A DNA stretch of 64,000 nt from Octopus bimaculoides (Eukaryota). A program made the position numbers and the translations under genes. Below are positions 1 through 11,133 of this stretch, one piece after another; positions within the stretch are counted from its first letter, which is position 1; each line of letters starts with the position of its first letter. Below the pieces are notes generated by a model that was given only the letters and a program-made list of their open reading frames with translations, was not told where the DNA came from and made no database searches. The DNA lies in contig NC_068983.1 in the NCBI RefSeq assembly GCF_001194135.2, forward strand, positions 78,870,996 through 78,934,995, in the 5' to 3' direction.

Positions 1-351
1 TTTATGTATGATTGTATGTGTGCATGTGTGTGTGTTTGTGACCCCTTCTCTTGATATTATGTGATAGTTGCCAACTAGATTTAGCATACATGCAGTGTTG
101 TTCATTTCCAATCCAGTGACAAAATAAGGCCATGGGAAAATACCACCTTGCTTCAAAACAGGTGATAGTTGGTGGCAGAAGGGGTACCATGGACGTTAAG
201 TATGATGAGGGTGATGAGAAAATACAAAGGAGAAATTTGTTTTCATTCTATTTTAATTCAAGAAATCTTTCTATTTTGAAAATTAGTATTAGTTCAATTA
301 ATTCACTGTAAAATTTGTAGAAATTAATATTATAATTATGATACTTATATA

Positions 352-500
352 GATGTTCTGAGTTCAAATTCCACTGAGGTCAACTTTGATTTTCATTCTT
401 TCAGGAGTCAATGAAATAAATGCTAGCTGAGCACTGGGGTCGATGTAACTAGCCTTATCCTTTAAAATTTCAGGCCTTGTGCCTATAGAAGAAAGCAATA
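352..500 (+). mobile_element. SINE family I remnant (tRNA-derived, GGTCAACTTTG..TTTCATCCTTTC core)
   Basis: Contains gttctgagttcaaattccactgaggtcaactttgattttcattctttc...ctggggtcgatgtaa, a decayed match to the better copy at 8717-8948. Confidence 0.6.
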
Positions 501-1034
501 TTATAATTATTGTTCCTATGTAACATTAACTGATATGATCCAATAACAGAATATACATTTCCAAAATAACCTGCCAGATAGCAGTAAGCACTTTTGTTAA
601 TATATATTTTGTGCAAACGACTTAAAGACAATTTTTAAGAAGCTGTTACATAAGATGTTTTCAAATTATCACTTTCATCTTCTTTTGAAGTAGGCCACTT
701 CTTAAGTAGGCTTTCTTAAGATATCTTCAGTTGTTCTATGAATTCATATATGTTTTTGCTGTTGTTTAATGCTTAAGTATAAATTTCCAAGTAAGAATTT
801 TATTCTATGCCTCTAATAATGATTCATTTGTCAGGCATGTAAGTTTTTAAAAAGTAGAATCTAGCAATGATCTGATATACAACTCAAGATGAGTCCTTTG
901 CTAATTAAAACCACTCAGTGTAAAGTGACATATCATAATGAATATATAGCACTTTTATATTTCTGAGTTTCTCTTTAATGCTCTTAAGTGTGTCATCATT
1001 CACAAAATATTACATAATGAGTTTGGGGACAAGT

Positions 1035-1195
1035 TAATCATGTGGTTTAGAAGCTCACTTTCCAAGCGCATGGTTTCAGATTACATTCCATTGCATTACA
1101 CCTCGGTCAAGTATCTTCTACTTTCAACTGCAACTTGGGTCAACCAAAGCCTGGTGAGTGAATTTGATAGATGGAAATTGAAAGAAATTTTTGGC
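1035..1195 (+). mobile_element. SINE family II head, followed by (TG)n/(TA)n and a gap
   Basis: tgtggtttagaagctcactttccaagcgcatgg...ccaaagcctggtgagtgaatttgatagatggaaattgaaagaa matches 23653-23816. Confidence 0.7.
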
Positions 1196-1196
1196 A

Positions 1197-1234
<38 letters not shown>

Positions 1235-1399
1235 TGCACATTTGTGTGTGTGTATGTATTTATATATACACACACACATACATATATATATATANNNNNN
1301 NNNNNNNNNNNNNNNNNNNNNNNNNNNNNNNNNNNNNNNNNNNNNAAAGGTTGAAAAGGAACACACGAGTAGATATATATGGAAAAAAGACTAAGTAGA

Positions 1400-2437
1400 A
1401 AATGCTAAAAGACTTTTATAAAGAACATTACAGAACCGGTTTTGATCCTTGAGATCTTTTCAACAGTAAATATGAATAATAGATTTTTGAAAAATTATTG
1501 AAAAATTAAATTTTGGTAAATTTAAAAGAAAAGTCTTTTTAAAGACATATTTGTATAGTATTCAAGTAACAGCGGCATTTTCTTGTTTCTGCCTGTCTCT
1601 GTTTCACTTGTTAACTCTTGTGGGTTCGAAGAAGGAGTGCTATAATAGTAGCAGAGTGTTAATTGGTTGGGTGTCCTGACATTGACCTGTTGATGGTCAT
1701 AGTGATCTGTATTGTTTATAATGTTTGCATAGATGTTATTCTAAATAGCAGTAGTAGTAATAAAGTAAGGGAGGAGGTGGTGGAAAGGAAGAAGAAGATG
1801 ACGGAGAAGATGAGGGATGGGGGGGGGAGAAGGAGAGAAATAGTAATAATAAAATGCAGGATAGAGTGATAGTAACTAGTCGAGTGAGTCTTGATTGGGG
1901 TTGTTTTTTTATATTTTTTTTATTTTTTTATAATTCCTTGAGTATCTATTTGGAGTTTATCATTTTTAATATTTGTGTGTGTGTTTTATTCTAAGGTTGT
2001 GGTGGATATGTCCTTCATTGTAGATGCGTTCAGAAGAGGTCTGTATTTTGTGATGAAGAGAGACTCTTTACTTATTATTTGGCTGTAGGTTGCATCATCT
2101 CTGAATTGATAGAGGGGAAAGATTCTGAAACTAGGATTTTTATTATTGGCGCAAATATTGATGTGTTGGCTGAATGCTATTTTTCTGTTTTGAGGAATTT
2201 TGATTTGGGATTTGTGCAGAGCCATCCGTTGACGTAGGCTGTTTTTGTTTGGCCAATGTACTGCTCTTGACACCCAGAGCAGGTTAGTACGTATATCAGG
2301 TTCTCCGAAGTACATGTGAAGTTACTTTTCACTTTGAAATTTTGTCCGTGTTTGAAGGAGAACTCTGATCCCTCAATTAGATTGATGCATATTCTGCAGT
2401 AGACCCAACCACGGTAAATTTCTGATTTACCCCCCAC
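1400..2437 (-). mobile_element. Penelope-like element 3' fragment: GIY-YIG endonuclease (frameshifted) plus purine/pyrimidine-biased 3' region and pseudo-LTR
   Basis: Minus ORFs 2177-2437 and 1986-2315 join into CRICINL...NFTCTSENLIYVLTCSGCQEQYIGQT/LRQRMALHKSQI...SQHINIC...KESLFITKYRPLLN. LIY..YIG is the GIY-YIG motif; the preceding Cys-rich linker is typical of Neptune-type PLEs. Confidence 0.85.
1428..1470 (-). ncRNA. Decayed minimal type-I hammerhead ribozyme fold
   Basis: Minus strand TTACTG-TTGAAAA-GATC-tcaag-GATC-AAAA-C-CG-G-T-T-CTGTAA. Stem II is perfect, stem III is palindromic (ACCGGT), stem I pairs 5/6; the core differs from CTGAAGA/GAAA by three transitions. Confidence 0.5.
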
Positions 2438-3333
2438 CCATACCTAGTATTCAATTGTGATATTGCTCTGAAATAGTAAGCACTTGGATGTATACAGAGG
2501 TATACATCCAGTGGTATATTGGATATTTACTATTCCTTAGATGGTTGCTTAACTCCAACTCATACAGACGTATATATATGTATATATATATATATGTATG
2601 TTTATGGATCTGTATATGGAAGGATGGATGGATATACATATAGATATATGTATGTATCTATGTATATATATATGTACGTATTTATATGTATTTATATGCA
2701 TGTGTTTGTGTCTTCTTGTCTAGGAAGCATACCATAGTTATAAATGAGTATCACTATCACAGAAGCTGTGTCCTTTGATAGCAATCTTCCATGAAAATAT
2801 GGCAAGCTATGGGGAAAAATTGTCTTGCTTGTAAACAGGTAAGTGTTGGTGACAAGAAAGCAATCTAGCTATTGAAAATTTGCATATATATATATATATA
2901 TATATATATACACGCATAAATACATTTTTTTAAAAATGTGTATATATATGTACTTATAGGTATGTGTTTGCACACACACACACACACACATANNNNNNNN
3001 NNNNNNNNNNNNNNNNNNNNNNNNNNNNNNNNNNNNNNNNNNNNNNNNNNNNNNNNNNNNNNNNNNNNNNNNNNNNNNNNNNNNNNNNNNNNNNNNNNNN
3101 NNNNNNNNNNNNNNNNNNNNNNNNNNNNNNNNNNNNNNNNNNNNNNNNNNNNNNNNNNNNNNNNNNNNNNNNNNNNNNNNNNNNNNNNNNNNNNNNNNNN
3201 NNNNNNNNNNNNNNNNNNNNNNNNNNNNNNNNNNNNNNNNNNNNNNNNNNNNNNNNNNNNNNNNNNNNNNNNNNNNNNNNNNNNNNNNNNNNNNNNNNNN
3301 NNNNNNNNNNNNNNNNNNNNNNNNNNNNNNNNN

Positions 3334-4555
3334 NTATGTGATTTGTAGTAAGGTATATGGTAAACTTTGACAGCAGCTCATTTTGCGCCCTTATTATATT
3401 TTGGCAATCTTTATTTTTTGTTAGAAAGCTGACACGTAGTTTTTTATTCTAACTCATTTTGTGCTTTATAAAGTATTTGTAAATCGTTTTTTGCTATTTT
3501 TGTTTAGAGATGGATAAGTTGGAAATTCGTACAGTTTTGAAATATGAGTTCTTTCTTGGAAACACAGCATCACACACAGCTCAGAATATTAAAGGAGTAT
3601 TTCATTCTAATGTTATTACATAGCAGACAGTATCAAATTAGTCTGCAAAATTTCGTTCTGGTAACTTTGACCTCACAAATGAGCAACACGGTCAACCAGA
3701 AACAAAAGTGGATAATGACGAACTGAAAGCCACCCTCAAGTCAACTCCATCTCAAAGTGCCCGTGAATTATTGTTGTTGTCTGGTGTTAGCAAGCAAACA
3801 ATATTGACTCACCTAGTTCAAATCAGTAAAGTGAAAATGTTGGATAAGTGGGTTCCACATGAACTCAATGAAAATCAGAAACAGCAACGTTTGAAAGCTT
3901 GCATTATGCTACTTTCTCATCACAAAAATGAATTATTTTTTAATTGAATTGTAACATGTGATGAGAAATGGATCCAATACAAAAGTGTAAATGTTCAGCA
4001 CAATGGCTGGACAAAGATGAGCCACCAAAACACAGTCCAAAAAGCAAAATTCATTAAAAGAAGCTGATGGTGTGTATTTGGTGGTCTGGCGCAGGTTGTC
4101 TGGTGCAGCCAATTGGACCAAATGATGCAGAAAATTACAAAAAAAAATAGCCTAGATTAGTAAAGATCACTTCCTATTATATTGCAAGACAATGCCAGAC
4201 CATATATCCCAAAAATGACATTGGAGAAACTACAGGGGTTGGAGTTGGAAGTTATGCATTATCCACCATACCTACCTGATCTTGTCCCCACTGACTACCA
4301 CTTCTTCTAGAATTTGGATAACTTTTTGATAGGAAAAAAATTAATTCTGACAATGTTATAAAACAGGCCTTCCAAAATTTTATTGATTCTAGATTGCCAG
4401 GCTTTTACAGTTCCAGGCCGGACAAGCCACTGCTGAAATGGCAAAAGTGTATTGACAATATGAGTGCATACTTTGATGAATAAAACTATTCCTTGTATTT
4501 ATAAAACATCAGCAGACTTTTTTCTTTTCTACAAATTTCCTACTTGACGACCTAA
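3334..4555 (+). mobile_element. Near full-length DD34D mariner (cecropia/Hsmar1-like), transposase pseudogene 3510-4483
   Basis: MDKLEIRTVLKYEF...KWVPHELNENQK...IVTCDEKWIQY...LQDNARP...HYPPYLPDLVPTDYHFF...KWQKCIDNMSAYFDE*, with 34 residues between the second and third D. Stops, frameshifts and an internal deletion are present. Right TIR ends ...cttgacgacctaa|TA; the left TIR runs into the gap. Confidence 0.95.
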
Positions 4556-4658
4556 TATATGTATACATGTATATATAAATATATGTATATATATGTGTGT
4601 GTATGTGTGTGTGTGTGTGTGTACATATATATGTGTGGGTGTGTGTGTATGTGTGTGT

Positions 4659-5001
4659 GGAGGTGCAATGGTACAGTGGTTAGGGCAGCAGACTCGCAGT
4701 CGTGGGATCGCGGTTTGGATTCCTAGACTGGGCATTGTGAGTGTTTATTAAGCGAAAACACCTAAAGCTCCATGAAGCTCTGGCAAGGGGTGGTGGCGAA
4801 CCATGCTGTACTCTTTCTTTCTGTTTCTGTTGCACCTGTATTTCAAAGAGTCAACCTTGTCATGCTAAATCTCCCTGAGAATTACTTTAAGTGTACACGT
4901 GTCTGTGGAGTGCTCAGCCACTTACAAGTTAATTTCACGAGCATGTTGTTCCGTTGATCAGATCAAATGGAACCATTGTCGTCGTAACTGACAGAGTACC
5001 A

Positions 5002-5003
<2 letters not shown>
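4659..5003 (+). mobile_element. SINE family III (tRNA-like head with TCG loop, Arg-like; possibly octopus OR-type)
   Basis: ggaggtgcaatggtacagtggttagggcagcagactcgcagtcgtgggatcgcggtttggattcc has A/B-box-like motifs; ~345-bp body ending before (TA)n. Confidence 0.8.
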
Positions 5004-5062
<59 letters not shown>

Positions 5063-5779
5063 CATGTATTTATATACACACACATACAACAAGCTTCTAC
5101 ACAGTTTCTGCCTACTAAATTCGGTCATAAGACACTGGTCACCCGAGTATTATTAGAAGACACTTGTCCAAGGCCCTCCACAGTGGAACTGAAACCAAAA
5201 TTATACAAGTATAAAGTGAATTTCTTATCTTCACAATCAAGCCAATATTTGTTCTTTGTTTTTTTTTTTTTTAGTCATTATAACTAAGGCCATGCTGGAG
5301 CACCATATGTCAGAACTGTACCAATAACATAAGAATAAGATAAATGTAATGGCTTGTGATCTTTATGAAAATAATCTTCTTTGTACTATTTATTATAGTT
5401 TTTAGTTATTTACATATCTCCAGCTATACAATATTGTAAGTAAGTAATTGTAGCTGATGAAAAGCCAGTAGAATATGAGGTAATATAATAGTTATGGATA
5501 TTTCTTTTATTGTCTCTACTTAGACAAGAAAATAATGAGGTTCTTCTCAATAATGTAGATTTAGAATTCTTTTTAAGTAGATGTTTTCTGGTTACTGTAA
5601 AACAATTTCCAAGCAATTCTTATTGCATTGTCTTCAGTAAATGACTAGAGTTTAAACTTTGTAGAAATAACTAAAAACTATGGTGTACTTCCTAGCTACA
5701 CAGGCTGAGTCTATCTTCAATACATTCTCTTGAAAATATTACCTACTAAACATGGTTACCGAAATGAACCAGCAATTAT

Positions 5780-6080
5780 ATTTTAGATATTAATCAGAAG
5801 TGTGGACAGCATCCAAGACCTTTGAAGACCCTTTCAGGCTAATGAAATTCATGTAGTTGATATGGTAAAAAAACATGGATAAAGGGGAGAATTGCAGAGA
5901 TCTATATATTCATCCATAAAGAATGCTTATTCCATGAAGATCCTAAGGAAATCAGTTAAGAATTTTATGAATCTCTACCACTTAGAATGGGATAGTCAAC
6001 TGGCTGAAAATTTTCCAGATCAAATGTCCACCCCAATGGAGGATCTGATAGTTGCAACAGAGAGAAGATAATGAGATTAT
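5780..6080 (+). pseudogene. Very decayed PLE RT C-terminal (thumb) fragment
   Basis: Hand translation ...ELQRSIYSSIKNAYSMKILRKSVKNFMNLYH resembles the L..QG(Y/F)...L.+S..KF thumb motif and the minus-strand relic at 6880-7757. Confidence 0.35.
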
Positions 6081-6879
6081 ATGGGGGAGAGAAATTCTTC
6101 AAAAGAGTCAAATATGAGATCATGTAACACTTGCTAATTCGGAAAAGCAGAGATTTTGCATTAACTGTGGAAGATGCAAGAAAAAATACATCATGTTTAT
6201 AAGCTAGGGATTATAGTGTCTTTTGTAAATTGAGTTTTTGCCAGTCAGCTAAAAGACCTTTTTTAGATGTACTTTTCAATGTTTAACAATAATACAGCAG
6301 TGGCGCCACCACAGATATGTGACCAATACTTCTGTGAGGGTTCCACTTGCACTTTGCAGAGAATTAAAACCTGATCAGAGCCAAAGTATTTTATAGCCCT
6401 AAATAGAGGTAAAAATGGTTTAATGAGAAAATTTTAGCAAAGCCATTAATGTGAAGTCATCCTAAAAGATCATTAATGGTTCTGAGACTGAGTATTTGCA
6501 GGGAGAACCTTTTATGGTTTGTTTATGCGTAAAAGTGGTGAACATTGTTTCTTAGATTGGAATCATAATCATCTCTTGACACTGTTGAAGGAGATTAGGT
6601 TGTCATGTTGTGATTAAAGGATGTCTTCAAGAGTCTGTTATGAAATCAGTGCAAGTTTGTCTTGAGATCTAGATTGTATGTGGATAATATATGTATATAG
6701 AATAGTTTCAGGAGTAAAGGAAAGGGCATGATCTGCGTAATAGCTGGAATAGTTAGAAGTATATAAAATAGGATATAGAAAACAATATTAAACAACATTT
6801 GATAGACTGTGGGTTGGAGAAAGCTATTACCATATAGTATAATATATAACAAGAAATATCCAGTCTATGAGATGAGCAA

Positions 6880-7757
6880 TGAATGGGTGAGCCCATAACT
6901 TTGGAGTTTTCATGACAGACATGAATGAAGGTTTTATTGATGACAGGGTCAATAATTTCTTGAAGTTCTTAAGAGTTGAAAACTATTAGAGAGGAACAAG
7001 CACAAGTCTTCAGTATTTCTGACTCAATGGAAACTATATTGACAGTCACTAAAAAGAGAAAAAAAATCAACATGATTAAGAAATATTTTTTTTATGCATA
7101 AGAATGAAGGAATATTGGTTTGTAGTTGGCAATACCACAAATGTTTCCCTGTTCTGTGTGAATAGAACACGTTGTACAGCATTTTCATAGATGAGGATAC
7201 ATTGTTGAATGAGAGTTAAGTTTTGATGTTTTGCAAGCTCTCAAGCCCATTGATAAAGCATAATGGAAGGTTCACCATTAGGAATGGATGCCATGTGGAA
7301 TTGATACCAAATATTAAACATCTTTGACACAAAAAAGTTCTTTACAAAAAAAGTTACTCCTTGATCTTATTTATATTATTGTCATCTAATCACAAAAGCT
7401 TATCTCTTGGAATCATTGACAATCTCAAGCAAATTTGGTATGCTATTGAAAGTAGCTCTGAGTCTTCTTTTAGCAATATTCTTCAAGATCCAATTCATCA
7501 ATATGTTTGATACTTCCTTTACATTTTCTGCTACTACTAAAATTTCTTGGATAAATTAAAATTCCAATGAAAATGCATTTTTATTCAAAAAGTTTTGAAA
7601 TTTTTTCCTTCTTCCCACAAATCTATCACCTTTCAAAAGATCTATTCTGAAAAACAGACATAATTTCTTTCCTCCAGAATTACGAACCAACAGTTCTTCA
7701 GAAATAAACACAAGCAGTATAAATTCCATTAACTTGCGAATCAGTATAGTTGTTTAA
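6880..7757 (-). pseudogene. Highly decayed PLE reverse transcriptase, tentatively Naiad-like
   Basis: Motifs in expected order: AFVIR*Q*YK*DQGV...SKMFNIWYQ (B'), QWA*ELAKHQN...IY (RYIDD..NN..IY spacing), then after frameshifts VDFFSLFSDCQYS (cf. VNFPFLSSNIPYS) and SEILKTCACSS (cf. SQLIRYSRACSS). Confidence 0.55.
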
Positions 7758-7864
7758 CTTGCGAGAAAGAGCTGCCAAATTTCCATCAAATTCTGTCCTG
7801 CTATCTTTAAAAGTGAAGAACACAATAGATAATTTGATTCTCAAAATGATTGATCAAAAAACCT

Positions 7865-8225
7865 CTTTGAGAGAGAGTCCTGTTGCTGCTAACAGAGGTA
7901 ATAGCTCTCTGAACTTCTACTAACCTATTTTTATTCTAGCAACAATACTCTCAAAACACTCTCCACTATTGCTAATTTGGTTGCCTAAGTAACAGAAGCT
8001 ATCTACAATCTCAAGAGGGCTCCTGGGCATTTCAGAGAGTCTAATTCCTGTGTGTCCTAAGTGCATATTGTTCCTGCACATCTGCCACACATGAAGATGT
8101 CTTTTTTCTTTTTTTGTTAATCTATCTGTAATTTAATCCCTCCTGAGTGTGTATGACTTGGTAGCAAGTATTATGCTCATACTAACTGTTTTAGGTCCTT
8201 ATATAGTTGCAAACAGACATAAACA
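7865..8225 (-). mobile_element. RTE-type LINE RT C-terminal fragment
   Basis: Nucleotide similarity to 15160-15480 (gagagtcctgttgctgctaacagaggtaatagctctctgaacttc...ttattctagcaacaatactc). Confidence 0.7.
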
Positions 8226-8400
8226 CTCTCTGAACCCACCCACATTCAATCCAGTGAGACATCCAAGATGTGAAAGTAGGAGGGAGAGAAACTGCACCAT
8301 CACTTGGATGGTATTTATTTCAGTTTAGTAGACTGGAGTAACAGGAAATAAAGTGCCTTGCTCAAGAACACATCACACTGCCCAGTCCATGCTTCTGATC
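8225..8400 (-). mobile_element. SINE family IV fragment
   Basis: gaaataaagtgccttgctcaagaacacatc is the reverse complement of the gtgttcttgagcaagacacttt core seen at 45041-45355. Confidence 0.5.
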
Positions 8401-8539
8401 AATAATTAATCATCTTAAATACAAACACAGGATTGCACCATTGTTGAATTTATGAGTGACTATGAGAAAAAGAGTGTATGATGTCACTGTCTACCAACAC
8501 TGCTGCCATCAGCCTGACCAATTTGAAAAATAACATGGC

Positions 8540-8690
8540 ACAGGCATGGCTGTGTAGCACGATGTTCATTTTGGTTTTCAGGGTCAGCCCACAGTGGAAC
8601 ACCTTGAGGAAGTGTCTTCTACTATTTTCCCAAATGGCCAAAAACTTGTGAGTGAATTTGATAGAAAGAAGTCAAATTGTAATATATTCA
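8540..8690 (+). mobile_element. SINE family II head, decayed
   Basis: caggcatggctgtg...caccttgaggaagtgtcttctacta...ttgtgagtgaatttgatag. Confidence 0.55.
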
Positions 8691-8716
8691 CACACACACA
8701 CATATATATATATAAA

Positions 8717-8948
8717 GGCAGCGAGCTGGCAGAAACGTTAGCACACAGGGGAAAAATGCTAAGCGGTATTTCGTCTGCTGCTACGTTCTGAGTTCAAATT
8801 CCGCCAAGGTCAACTTTGCCTTTCATCCTTTCGGGGTCGATTAAATAAGTACCAGTTACACACTGGGGTTGAAATAATCGACTTAATCCGTTTGTCTGTC
8901 CTTGTTTGTCCCCTCAGTGTGTAGCCCCTTGTGGGCAGTAAAGAAATA
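8717..8948 (+). mobile_element. SINE family I, well-preserved full copy
   Basis: ggcagcgagctggcagaaacgttagc...gagttcaaattccgccaaggtcaactttgcctttcatcctttcggggtcgattaaataagtaccag; B-box GAGTTCAAATTCC; several related copies in the window. The core resembles the Nin-type SINE domain from memory. Confidence 0.85.
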
Positions 8949-8954
8949 ACACAC

Positions 8955-10255
8955 ATATATATATGTACTAATAATAATAATGACAAGAAAAGAATGAATG
9001 AGACCTCGATATTATGTAAAATAGAGGAATTCATCTACAAATATAATATGTGACAATAAGTTGGTTGTCATAATAAAACTCAGAGTTTCGGATGCCGGGC
9101 TGAAGTCTGCTCCAGCATCTTATCAGTTATTAAGACAAATGCTATGATAAAAACAACCATTGAATAAAGGGAAATTACTCCAATTAGCATGGGAAAAGTA
9201 ATACTTCATTCATAAAATCCACATATGCACACATATATACACACACATACACGTACGCATACGCACACACATGTATGTATATATATGTATATACACACCC
9301 ACAACATGTGTACATATACATTCAAACACACATATATACATATATATGTCTATGCATACACACATACACACGCATATATACCCATGCATGCATCACTACG
9401 CTCATATACACATCTCTACACGTACACACATATACATACGTGGATATACAAAATGTAGTTTATACGCACATGCATATACATATGCAGAAAGACATATATA
9501 CAAATAAAAACACATACGCAAAAATGCACACTTTATTATGTTCATATACACATCTCTATATGCACATATACATACATACATATGCAGATATACAAAATGT
9601 AGTCTATACACACATGCACATGCGTACGTGGATAGATGTATATACAAATAAAAACACATACGATAGACTTAGCTATATTAATGTAGGTTACTGCTATCCC
9701 CCCATAGTATTTAAGGATTTAGTTAAAAAAATTAGCAAGAGAATTTCTAGCCTCTCCTCCAATATTAACATTTTTAATAGTGTTGCCCCAATATATAATA
9801 AAGCTTTAAAAGATAGTGGTTTTAGCCAGGAAATAACCTATACACCTGTTATTAGTCCAGTAACAAAGAAAAAGAAAAATAGGAATAGGAAAATTATCTG
9901 GTTCACACCACCTTACTCATCCGAAGTGACCTTTAATATAGGTAGATATTTCTTATCACTTATAGATAGGCATTTTCCAATTAATCATCATTATAGAAAG
10001 CTCTTTAATAGGCACAATTTAAAAATTAGTTTTAGTTCTGCTACTAACTTTAAAAATATAATTGCACACAACACACAAAAACAACAAAATGAAGCCAGCT
10101 GTTCCTGCAGAGTTAAAAATTTATGCCTGCTAAATGGAGCTTATATGACCGAGGCCATCATTTATGAAACCACCGTAGACCCTACAACCACTAAGGACAT
10201 AGTTTCATCAAAGAAATATGTAGGTCTCACAGAGGGAAATTTTAAACTAAGGTAG
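8955..10255. mobile_element. PLE-A: minus-strand pseudo-LTR with hammerhead, cryptic microsatellite block, plus-strand thumb/linker/GIY-YIG fragment (9660-10255)
   Basis: ORF 9275-10255 C-terminal part ...KKISKRISSLSS...YNKALKDSGF...RKIIWFTPPYS...HFP...KLFNRHNLKISFS...CSCRVKNLCLLNG...IIYETTV...KYVGLTEGNFKLR, a PLE RT thumb, Cys linker and GIY-YIG start. The N-terminal third of that ORF is microsatellite. Confidence 0.9.
9071..9132 (-). ncRNA. Minimal type-I hammerhead ribozyme fold (G8>A variant)
   Basis: Minus strand TAATAA-CTGATAA-GATGCTGG-loop-CCGGCATC-C-GAAA-CTC-T-GAG-T-T-TTATTA. Stem I 6/6, stem II 8 bp, stem III ACTC-T-GAGT. Confidence 0.7.
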
Positions 10256-11030
10256 AGAACTTTTCTTCCTTAGTGAGGTTTGGTTTGGGAAGTTTCACTT
10301 TTCTAGTAACTGTTTCACTTTCCACCTCAGTTCATCTCCCTGAGCTTTTGATGTCTTTATGGCTATCTCTTCAATAGGGGCTATTATATCCAAGTATGGA
10401 ATGCGCTTGATGGTTGTTGCAAAGTTGAGACCTTTGTTTAGTACTGCTTCTTCATAGCTTTCTAGATGTCAGCTACTTACATTAATTACTGCTTTCACAG
10501 GTGGGTGATGGACTTCAGTCTTCATTCTCTGGCCTTTGAGTTTCATAAACTTCTTAATGTGGTGTGTCTTCACCATTTCAAATTCTTTCATGTAAGACTT
10601 TTTTAGATCTTGTTTGATTCTCTTTCTATCATCATCTCTGATTATTTTTCTAAGTAATGAAGATAACCTCTCTTTGATTTAGTTGATGTTTTTTCCATTT
10701 AGTTGTTGTTTTTTCCAGCAGTTGTAATGGACGCTCTCACAGACGAAGGCATGTCCAGCCCTTTCCGCTACCCTTATAGCTTTATATAAATCCACTGGTA
10801 TCAGTATATTCAAGCCAAGTGATATTAGCTTTGAGTCTCTACACAGGAAAGTTAGATGGTTTGAAAGACGAGCTAGTTTTTGATGGAGTTTCTCTATATG
10901 TCTCCATTGAAGTCTAACGTCGGCTCCGTATCGATAATATAATACAGTTCTATATTTAAGAGATGAGAAATTATGTACATCATTTACATTATTCACATTT
11001 GACGGATATTTGTCCTCATCTTGTTTGCTG

Positions 11031-11078
11031 TTAACAACGTTTCAGCTGACATACCCTCCAGCCTTCATGAGGTGTCTT
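11031..11078 (-). ncRNA. Decayed type-I hammerhead fold in PLE-B pseudo-LTR
   Basis: AGACAC-CTCATGA-A-GGCTG-gagggtatgt-CAGCT-GAAA-C-G-T-T. Core G5>C; the stem I 3' arm GTGTT is lost here but kept in the inverted copy at 11548-11560. Confidence 0.65.
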
Positions 11079-11133
11079 GGGGTAATTTGGAACTTGGGTT
11101 CTCATTCCTAAGGTATATTTCGATATTATTATA

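Noticed and set aside
4659-4730. SINE heads (also 8717, 23653, 45041, 52111) as tRNA genes
   Set aside because: No complete cloverleaf or acceptor stem, and each continues into a SINE body.
7238-7252. In-frame TGA in the Naiad-like RT as possible selenocysteine
   Set aside because: It falls at the catalytic Asp position, and TAA stops and frameshifts nearby show ordinary decay; I saw no SECIS.
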